Assembly (NCBI GenBank): GCA_964463925.1
Contig: CAYXDV010000002.1
Location: 19 to 64,018 of the forward strand
Origin: an uncultured Gammaproteobacteria bacterium
Lineage (GTDB): Bacteria; Patescibacteriota; Microgenomatia; UBA12405
DNA length: 64,000 nucleotides
Reading direction: 5' to 3'
Shown here: positions 57,404 through 64,000 of the stretch, piece by piece
Layout: each line of letters starts with the position of its first letter
Numbering within the stretch: position 1 is the stretch's first letter
The notes under the pieces: model-generated
Database searches by the model: none
What the model saw: only the letters and a program-made list of their open reading frames with translations
What the model was told of the DNA's origin: nothing
Program-made: the position numbers and the translations under genes

Positions 57404-57440
57404 CCCATTATTATACCTAAAAGAGCTATATAAATAAAAA
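57404..57440 (-). promoter_or_regulatory. candidate promoter of the tRNA-Ala/23S/5S transcript (perfect -10 TATAAT)
   Basis: The minus strand reads ...TTTATT(-35-like)...N17...TATAAT, then 12 nt to the tRNA 5' end. The -35 is weak and AT-rich. Confidence 0.35.
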
Positions 57441-57462
57441 AGCCGAAGCTTTTTGCTTCGGC
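57436..57462 (-). terminator. rho-independent terminator of the GH18-like gene (minus strand)
   Basis: GCCGAAGC-AAAAA-GCTTCGGC hairpin followed by TTTTTT on the minus strand. Confidence 0.55.
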
Positions 57463-57568
57463 CATAAGACATTTGTTTTTAGATCAACAATAGTTTATGT
57501 GTATACATGCCGAAGTTTTATAGGTGAGGCCATTTTAGCCCAGAAAACACCCCAAGTCAACGAGGTAG

Positions 57569-58612
57569 TTATTCCAATAATCTGGCTAATTTATCTCCGA
57601 ACTTACCTTCATACCCCAATGCCCACCAAGCCACACCTCCATAACCATATTTTTCTACCCGACCTATCTTTGCCATCAAGCTTCGTTCGTTTTCAAAATA
57701 GATTTGCCTAATTTGCGATCCCAATTTATAAACTAACCAAGGAGTATCTGTAACCTCATCGTAATTTACTTTGATTTTCCAGTTGTTTTTTAAAAAGTCT
57801 TCCATTCTACCCAGGCTGGCCAACATCCTCACACTTCGGGGATGGAGTATTGAACCAAAATCAGTGGTTTTAGTTCTCCATTCATACCCATACAAAGGCA
57901 GGGCTACCACCAAACGTCCTTTATCTACTGGCAACTGATTTACTCTTTCAAATATATTTTCCAAATCTACCCCAGCCTTGCCAGCCAATGGAGCCACTGG
58001 TCCAGCTAATCCAGAATCATAAAAATCATAGGCCATAAAGACTACCCTATCTGTTTTTTCAAATAATTTTTTTAGTTTGCCGGCATCACCTTTGTATAAG
58101 GTGTTTCCAAAAACATCAACCGACAACTCCCCGCCTATCCGCGATCTTAAAACTGATAAAAAGCTAAAATAACTCTCATCGAGTATGGCTGTGGGGCTCT
58201 TTTGATATTCAAAATCAATATTAAACATATCTGCTCCAATTTTCTTCTCCAGTTCACTAGCCTGTCTAAAAAATACTTCCCAATAATCTTTATTAGTTAA
58301 AAACTTATCTAAATCCTTGTCTTTTAACATACTAAAAACCACACCAACTTTCCCACCTTTATTCCTAACTATCTCACTTTGTTTTTTAAAGGATTCTGAA
58401 AAAATTCTACGACTAGCAAAGTCCCACTGTAAGTTGCCATCGCCTTTTACTGGCACCGAAAAAAAGAAAAGTTTGTCCACCAAATCTACTCTAGGATTAT
58501 CAGCTAATCTCCAGTTAGGCAAAAATCCCCACTGTTCTGTCTTGGCAAATATTTCTCCACATGCAGTCGTCAAAAACAAAAATACAAAAAACAATGTTAC
58601 TTTCCAACTCAT
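57569..58612 (-). CDS. secreted glycoside hydrolase family 18-like protein (chitinase/peptidoglycan-hydrolase-like TIM barrel)
   Basis: Signal peptide. GADMFNIDFEY resembles the GH18 DxxDxDxE catalytic motif. The C-terminal YGYEW...GGVAWWALGYE resembles the GH18 end. It lies between tRNA-Ile and tRNA-Ala. Confidence 0.65.
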   Translation of the reverse strand: MSWKVTLFFVFLFLTTACGEIFAKTEQWGFLPNWRLADNPRVDLVDKLFFFSVPVKGDGNLQWDFASRRIFSESFKKQSEIVRNKGGKVGVVFSMLKDKDLDKFLTNKDYWEVFFRQASELEKKIGADMFNIDFEYQKSPTAILDESYFSFLSVLRSRIGGELSVDVFGNTLYKGDAGKLKKLFEKTDRVVFMAYDFYDSGLAGPVAPLAGKAGVDLENIFERVNQLPVDKGRLVVALPLYGYEWRTKTTDFGSILHPRSVRMLASLGRMEDFLKNNWKIKVNYDEVTDTPWLVYKLGSQIRQIYFENERSLMAKIGRVEKYGYGGVAWWALGYEGKFGDKLARLLE

Positions 58613-58650
58613 TTATTCATCCTACGTAGTTTTCCTTTGATAGTCAATTG

Positions 58651-58724
58651 TGCGCGAGCATGGACTCGAACCATGGACCTCAGTCTTATCAGGACTGCGC
58701 TCTAACCAACTGAGCTACACGCGC
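58651..58724 (-). tRNA. tRNA-Ile (anticodon GAT)
   Basis: Reverse strand GCGCGTGTAGCTCAGTTGGTTAGAGCGCAGTCCTGATAAGACTGAGGTCCATGGTTCGAGTCCATGCTCGCGCA. There is one U-U mismatch at 6-67. CCA is not encoded. Confidence 0.75.
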
Positions 58725-58773
58725 AATTACTGCTATTCTACCAGCCAAACCTCCCAAACTCTAGACAGCTGAA

Positions 58774-60366
58774 TTAATACTTCTGTGCTTGCCGTTCACT
58801 AAGGGTCAATTTCAACAAATTCAAATCCTGAGCGTTAACAGTACAATTAAAGTCCATATCATAACTTCCCAAATTACTACTACCAAGATTCTTTATCAAT
58901 TCAGCATAGTCCAATCCATTAACCACATCATCACTGTTTGTATCACCTGGCGATAGTGGGTACTTTGAAAAATCAAAAGTTGCTCCAGGAATAATTCTCA
59001 GTTTTCCTTGAAGAGCATTGTAGTACTGACTCTGACCATCTTCACCAAATTTAGTAGTAACTTCCAAGGGACCTCTGACCAAAATAGAAGCGTTATCAAG
59101 TGGGTTTGGCAACCCCTCAGTACTTACAGAAGCTGTATAAACTGCATTAAACAAATCGCATTTATTTTCTGCGTTATTCCAAACACGACAATAATTTCCA
59201 GATTTAATAATTGGTACTTTTTTGTATTCTTTCTCAACTCCAGCTCCTTTAATAATTACATCAACCGTCTGCGGCTTCGCACAGATAGTGGTGGCATAAT
59301 CCATCAAACCAGAAAAACTAAGTTTAAACTGCATATTCCCAGCTGATCCCCCAGTAACTGGTATCGCAACATCTGGAGATATCGACAAAGTAGTATTTTG
59401 CAAACTTGCAGTTGCAGATGCATCAAAAGATGTACCTTTCCAAGCAGTAAATTCGTAATTACCAACAGACATAACTGTAGTATTTTGACTTGAGTCAGTG
59501 TTGGTAAGCTTAATGGTGGCAAGTTCAACATCACCACTAGGTAAAGAAGAGTTGGGAGAAGTTGAGTCTACTCGACGCAAACCATAAATTGAAACAGATC
59601 TATCACTATTCTTTGTAAAACTAGGACTAAATAGCGCAGAATTTACGCTAGAATTACCCATTGAGGATGCAAAAATCCAACCTCCAGCGGCAGGCAGATT
59701 CAAATCTAAAGCATAAGAATCAAATCTCGCATCTTGAGGCACTTTTGCAAAAAGCTTAAAAGATACTTCACTACCTACCTGGGAAACAGGTCCCGCAAAA
59801 AGTCCAAACGTAAAATCCTTAGCACTAGCTGGAGGGGTTGTATTTTTTTTTTGATCGACAAATGTAACTCCGACTAAATTAGTGGAAATTGGCGAAGCCA
59901 CATTAAACTGCGTCAGCATCGTCTCTGTTCCGAAATTTAAATTAGAAGGCAACTGAAGTGGCTTCACTACAACATCAGCAACATGAACTACTCCAGTAGG
60001 AAAATCAGGTGGATCTTTTACTAAATTCAGTCTAGCCACGCCATCGCCAATAGTATTTCTAACTTGTGTTTGAAAAGCAGCAGTTTTTGTAATGCTAACG
60101 ATCCGCAATTTAGATGGATCAAAAGTAAACCTGATGTCCGCACTGTTCATTGGAACATTCAAACTATCTACCATCAATTGCAGAGAAATTTGCTGTCCTA
60201 CTTGTCCCTCGATCTCACCCAATTTATTTCCTGAAGAATCAACAAAATAAACAGAAGCACTACTAGCATCAGCCGACCTTCGCAAATCAGCATTTTTACC
60301 AAGCAACAAGACTGCAGCCGCCAAACCCAAAGCCAACAAACATACAACAACTATCTTTTTGCCCAT
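58774..60366 (-). CDS. membrane/signal-anchored cohesin-domain protein with C-terminal canonical tandem dockerin (scaffoldin/adaptor-like)
   Basis: N-terminal hydrophobic anchor. The cohesin-like segment VGQQISLQLMVDSLNVPMNSADIRFTFDPSKLRIVSI parallels type-I cohesin GDTVRIPV...CDFVYSYDPNVLEI. C-terminus GDTNSDDVVNGLDYAELIKNL...DMDFNCTVNAQDLNLLKLTL, two dockerin Ca-loop/helix repeats. Confidence 0.6.
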   Translation of the reverse strand: MGKKIVVVCLLALGLAAAVLLLGKNADLRRSADASSASVYFVDSSGNKLGEIEGQVGQQISLQLMVDSLNVPMNSADIRFTFDPSKLRIVSITKTAAFQTQVRNTIGDGVARLNLVKDPPDFPTGVVHVADVVVKPLQLPSNLNFGTETMLTQFNVASPISTNLVGVTFVDQKKNTTPPASAKDFTFGLFAGPVSQVGSEVSFKLFAKVPQDARFDSYALDLNLPAAGGWIFASSMGNSSVNSALFSPSFTKNSDRSVSIYGLRRVDSTSPNSSLPSGDVELATIKLTNTDSSQNTTVMSVGNYEFTAWKGTSFDASATASLQNTTLSISPDVAIPVTGGSAGNMQFKLSFSGLMDYATTICAKPQTVDVIIKGAGVEKEYKKVPIIKSGNYCRVWNNAENKCDLFNAVYTASVSTEGLPNPLDNASILVRGPLEVTTKFGEDGQSQYYNALQGKLRIIPGATFDFSKYPLSPGDTNSDDVVNGLDYAELIKNLGSSNLGSYDMDFNCTVNAQDLNLLKLTLSERQAQKY

Positions 60367-60369
60367 ATT

Positions 60370-61674
60370 TTATTGATGAACAATGGTGTTTGCCCACAAT
60401 TGGTAATCAGCTAAAGTAACTTTTCCATCACAATTAAAATCTCCTTGCCAATGGTCAGATTGCTGACTCCTGGCAACTCCAGCAGAGCCGTTTGTTTGAA
60501 AATATTCTCCGGCCCACATTGTGTAGTCAGTGTTATTTATCAGATTATCGCATGCATTCAAACTAACCGAATAAGCATTACCTGCAGATCTTGGTGGCTG
60601 CTCTGAAGTACAAATTCTACAAACTCCCACTCCAGTAATTGGGACAACAGTACTAACAGGTGCGGTTGGTATCGGGGAAGCAGGGGGCGTTGTCGGTTCT
60701 GAACCAGCAGGAGGTACACACTTCCAAACCTTACAATTCAAATCGCCTTTTGTAGAAATAGTCTTCATTACTGAAGTCCATCCGGCGGGACATTGTTCTC
60801 TACACAAAGCAAGTTTTGAACCTGGGTCAGTCGAGTCAGAACAACCAAACTGAAGAGTACTGCATGCAGGAACGGTATAGGTCGACCCAAAACACGAACT
60901 CACCGATTTATTTAAGCAATAATTATCATCACCCACTTCAGAGCCACTACATGACCCAGATGGTTTAGTGCAATTAGTTGGGGGATTGGTCGGAGGCACA
61001 GATGTCGCCGAAGGAATTGTTGGTTCCGGGGCCACTGATCCAACTGGATCAACACCTTTTATATTGATAGTGGTTTTACCAGAGGCACTAGTGCTAATTG
61101 GTTCAGCCACAGAACTACCCACATATCCCACATTACCACTAGACAGGGATAAATCTGTGCTAGTGTTAGCCCCACTTTTAATCCTAAAATAATACCCAAC
61201 CACATATACTTCCCCTGGATTTTCTACTCCTCCTGATGCCGTCGAGACGCCTGTAAAATCAATGGTTCCCGAAGAAGAGGTATTTTTTACCACCGAAGTA
61301 GTATCCGGATCAAAGAACAAAGTATTGGTTGCTGTTACCCCACCAATAAGGTTAGTTCCTGGTCTTAGGGCATATCCTATCGCCGAAGCACTTTGTGGCA
61401 AAACTTCTAGTTTAGAAGCATCGTATTGCATCCTAAATTCCACAGCAGTTACTTTCTTGGCCGTTTCTCCGGCTCCTGGAAGAGGAGGACTAATTTTTAC
61501 ATATACCAAAAAGGTATCCCCTACTGATCTGGTAACCGATTCAGGAAAAAACAGCAACCTGTTCTCTCCACTATAAGCACTTTTCTGTAAATTCTGATTT
61601 TTGTTTAATAGAACAAATCCAGCTAGTAATCCAGACAGCAACAATGCCAAAGAAACCACTTTTACTAATTTCAT
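60370..61674 (-). CDS. anchored cohesin-domain protein with Thr/Pro/Cys-rich region and C-terminal single dockerin-like repeat
   Basis: N-terminal TM/signal. The cohesin-like VGDTFLVYVKISPPLPGAGETAKKVTAVEFRMQYDASKLEVL. Pro/Thr linkers and many Cys. C-terminus GDFNCDGKVTLADYQLWANTIV. Confidence 0.55.
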   Translation of the reverse strand: MKLVKVVSLALLLSGLLAGFVLLNKNQNLQKSAYSGENRLLFFPESVTRSVGDTFLVYVKISPPLPGAGETAKKVTAVEFRMQYDASKLEVLPQSASAIGYALRPGTNLIGGVTATNTLFFDPDTTSVVKNTSSSGTIDFTGVSTASGGVENPGEVYVVGYYFRIKSGANTSTDLSLSSGNVGYVGSSVAEPISTSASGKTTINIKGVDPVGSVAPEPTIPSATSVPPTNPPTNCTKPSGSCSGSEVGDDNYCLNKSVSSCFGSTYTVPACSTLQFGCSDSTDPGSKLALCREQCPAGWTSVMKTISTKGDLNCKVWKCVPPAGSEPTTPPASPIPTAPVSTVVPITGVGVCRICTSEQPPRSAGNAYSVSLNACDNLINNTDYTMWAGEYFQTNGSAGVARSQQSDHWQGDFNCDGKVTLADYQLWANTIVHQ

Positions 61675-61694
61675 TATCTAAGATAACCATATTC

Positions 61695-62588
61695 TCAACC
61701 CTCCGTCAACAAGGAAACTATGGCCTTTGCTACATTTATGCCAGTACTTTTTTCAAATCCCTGAAACTGACATTGCCGGTTTACTTCCAGCACATAGCTC
61801 CTGCCATTTTCATCTTTCATAATATCTACGCCACAATAATCCAAACCTACTACTTTGGCTACTTTTTCAGCAATTTGTCTATCTTCTTCACTCAAATCAT
61901 ATTTTTCCACTGCCCCGCCCAAACTAAAATTACTTCTAAATTCGCTCCCCACTGCCATCCTCTTCATTGCTCCTAAAACCTTACCCCCAATCACAATTAC
62001 GCGTATATCCCATTTTAGACTTAAATAATCTTGCCATATGTGCATTCCCAGTTTGATCTCATCCATCTTATCCAAGCGCATCAAAAGTTCCTGTTCATTG
62101 TTTAGCTTTCTGACACTCCTTCCTTGAAATCCACGATCATGCTTTACAATCACAGGGTAAGAAAATTGGTATTTTTTAACCTGCTCTTTTGTATAAAAGA
62201 TCCTGCTTGGTACTACTGGTATTTCGTTTACCACATATACTCCATGCTGAGCTATTTTTCCCATTCTTTCCCATTTGGTATAGCTATCTCCGTTACAGCA
62301 AAAAACTCCTTTTTCTCTTAAAACTCTAATCATGGCTGCTCGTCCAATTGGGTATTTGCCAGTTTTTGTTCCAGCCACCCTGAACCACAAACCAAAAGTA
62401 TTTTCTGCACTTACTTTTTCCCCTCCCACCAAAACTTCTGCTTGGTTATTATTCAGTTCCAATTGCATTTCCCGATAAGCAGCGTGTCGAGCTAGCACAC
62501 CCATTTTTTCCGCCTCCTCCAGTACCCTAGCCACCTCATACCCTCGACGTTTATTGTTCATTGTAAATAATAAGATTTTTTTATTCAT
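61695..62588 (-). CDS. RimK-family ATP-grasp ligase (alpha-L-glutamate ligase-like)
   Basis: ATP-grasp segments YPVIVKHDRGFQGRSVRKL, VIVIGGKVLGAMKR and YVLEVNRQCQFQGFEKSTGINVAKAIV match the RimK/LysX pattern. Confidence 0.8.
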   Translation of the reverse strand: MNKKILLFTMNNKRRGYEVARVLEEAEKMGVLARHAAYREMQLELNNNQAEVLVGGEKVSAENTFGLWFRVAGTKTGKYPIGRAAMIRVLREKGVFCCNGDSYTKWERMGKIAQHGVYVVNEIPVVPSRIFYTKEQVKKYQFSYPVIVKHDRGFQGRSVRKLNNEQELLMRLDKMDEIKLGMHIWQDYLSLKWDIRVIVIGGKVLGAMKRMAVGSEFRSNFSLGGAVEKYDLSEEDRQIAEKVAKVVGLDYCGVDIMKDENGRSYVLEVNRQCQFQGFEKSTGINVAKAIVSLLTEG

Positions 62589-62591
62589 ATA

Positions 62592-63518
62592 CTATATATA
62601 GTATAAATTTTTAAATAATTTAATTATTTCTCTAGGTACATCAATCCCTGTCGCCTGCATAAAACCTTTAAATTGAGGTCCTCTATTCACTTCCCAAAAC
62701 ATTGGCTTGTTCAGATTATCGTCTTCAAATACCAAATCTACCCCTGCAATTGCCAAACCGCAGGCACTAGCCGCCCTAACACACAAGGCTTTGGCTTCCT
62801 CACTTATCCAAGCTACTTCTACTTTTCCTCCCCTGGAAAAATTATTTCTAAATTCTCCCTCCACCTGCCTACTTCTTTTCATAGCTCCAAGTACTTTATT
62901 ACCCATTACAATTACTCGATAGTCTCCATCATTTTTTATATACTCTTGGGCCAAATACCTGCGCCCATCGTTAATCTCGCTAACTCTAAGCTCACGCACT
63001 AGTTTAGTCAATTCTTCTTGATTTTCCACTTTATACACACTCCCGCCTCGGTGACCGCCACTACCTTTTATGATCATCGGAAACCCCAAATAGGCAGCTG
63101 CTTCCCGATTTAAATACCACAAACTACCATATAGAGTTTTGGGTATCGGCAGCCCTGCCCGACTCAGGGCCAACATCTGGTAAGCTTTACAGGCATCTGT
63201 TGGTCTTGCTTGTTCGACTATTGGGTCAATTACAATCTTCTTTAGCCTTTTTGCCTCATCAACTATCCAAGATACTTCTTGCCAGTGTTTTTTAGCCGTA
63301 CGAATAAATATCAAATCAAAATCAGCAATGGTAAATTCCTTTTGATTTCTGGTTGATTTAGTTAACCCATCACGCAACATTACCTTAGCTTCTTGACTAT
63401 TAAAATAAATTCTATTGTAAGAAAAAAGCTGCAAAAAGACATCTTCTTTTTTAGCTGCTCTTTTTAGCTCCACCAAATGGTTACTGAGTTTTCCTCCATA
63501 AAATACAGCTATTTTCAT
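62592..63518 (-). CDS. RimK-family ATP-grasp ligase (second tandem paralog)
   Basis: FPMIIKGSGGHRGGSVYKV, VIVMGNKVLGAMKR and FWEVNRGPQFKGFMQATGIDVPREII. Confidence 0.8.
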   Translation of the reverse strand: MKIAVFYGGKLSNHLVELKRAAKKEDVFLQLFSYNRIYFNSQEAKVMLRDGLTKSTRNQKEFTIADFDLIFIRTAKKHWQEVSWIVDEAKRLKKIVIDPIVEQARPTDACKAYQMLALSRAGLPIPKTLYGSLWYLNREAAAYLGFPMIIKGSGGHRGGSVYKVENQEELTKLVRELRVSEINDGRRYLAQEYIKNDGDYRVIVMGNKVLGAMKRSRQVEGEFRNNFSRGGKVEVAWISEEAKALCVRAASACGLAIAGVDLVFEDDNLNKPMFWEVNRGPQFKGFMQATGIDVPREIIKLFKNLYYI

Positions 63519-63922
63519 ATTTTTTTTGTTTTACCAACTAATTTCTTTTTCTTCTTTGGTCCTTTAAGTTTAACCACAAAACCTCTTAGATCTCTTCTTC
63601 CAATCAAGAATTTAGTCTTTAATTTCCCTCTTGGAGCAACACCGACCTGTCCACGTACTAACTTACCAGCTAAATAAAAAGTTACTCCAACAACCGGTCT
63701 GTCAACGTCTCTTCCCAAGGATGACCTAAAATGCCTTGTATACAAAACTTTGTCTGGGTTTAACAATTTTAATTTCTCTGCCAAATCTCGATCAATTGAA
63801 CTACGATAAGCACCTGTATCAATTTTAGCTCTAACTGGAACTACCTCTTTTTTCTTCCTGCCTATTTTTACAAGTATTCTTTCGATTGGTTTTACTACCA
63901 CTACCTCTTTTTTTGGTTCCAC
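63515..63922 (-). CDS. retropepsin-like aspartic peptidase family protein (the RimK-associated 'ATP-dependent Zn protease' family), basic C-terminal tail
   Basis: AKIDTGAYRSSID carries a D-T-G-A active-site-like motif. This family is typically encoded next to rimK. The ORF stays open upstream to the window edge (GTG start assumed in the track), so the true 5' end is uncertain. Confidence 0.6.
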   Translation of the reverse strand: MEPKKEVVVVKPIERILVKIGRKKKEVVPVRAKIDTGAYRSSIDRDLAEKLKLLNPDKVLYTRHFRSSLGRDVDRPVVGVTFYLAGKLVRGQVGVAPRGKLKTKFLIGRRDLRGFVVKLKGPKKKKKLVGKTKKI

Positions 63923-64000
63923 ACTTTCTATTCTTTCTCCAAATAAATATCTGGCAACATTGTATGCATGTCCAACACTTTTTGGAACAATTCCTTCAAC

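Noticed and set aside
1-64000. CRISPR arrays and cas genes
   Set aside because: I scanned for regularly spaced direct repeats of 24-40 nt and found none. The repeats I did see are the ACCGTA motif cluster, intragenic protein-module repeats and the rRNA IVS termini.

Overview
Low-GC (about 35 %) gene-dense bacterial chromosomal segment. It probably comes from a small-genome lineage (Patescibacteria/CPR-like is my guess, not shown by the sequence). The standard genetic code applies, because ORFs of 830 and 2166 aa are intact with TGA as a stop.

Housekeeping content:
- Recognisable genes: ruvC, leuS, rho, radA, rpsA, an Fe/Mn superoxide dismutase, an MreB-like actin, comEA plus a ComEC core, M16 and LysM-M23 peptidases, a TagA/WecG glycosyltransferase, a class-I SAM methyltransferase and a TrmB-like regulator.
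- Four tRNAs: Pro-CGG, Arg-CCT, Ala-TGC and Ile-GAT.
- A tRNA-Ala/23S/5S rRNA unit with no 16S. Its 23S gene carries two homologous hairpin intervening sequences.

The accessory load is dominated by secreted or surface proteins:
- A 2166-aa membrane-anchored giant protein with tail-fibre-like GIGTTxP repeats. Its N-terminus carries repeats resembling the integrase N-terminal SAM-like domain, and an overlapping upstream ORF carries two more.
- Seven putative carbohydrate-active or hydrolase proteins (GH clan-A-like, GH43-like, BNR/Asp-box, GH5/39-like) carry a shared single-loop dockerin-like module (DLNxDGKVDLNDFLxWK...FLxWKxxY), C-terminal in six and internal in the two-domain 799-aa protein.
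- Two cohesin-domain proteins lie next to each other. One also carries a canonical tandem dockerin.
- A six-gene operon encodes paralogous beta-rich surface proteins, resembling WxL/DUF916 loci.
- A retropepsin-like gene sits next to two RimK-family ATP-grasp genes.

The main hypothesis is a previously undescribed cohesin-dockerin (cellulosome-like) surface enzyme-display system in a small-genome bacterium. Other points are two GC-elevated patches with fragmented ORFs, intragenic tandem repeats, candidate operator palindromes and a candidate small RNA with strong hairpins.
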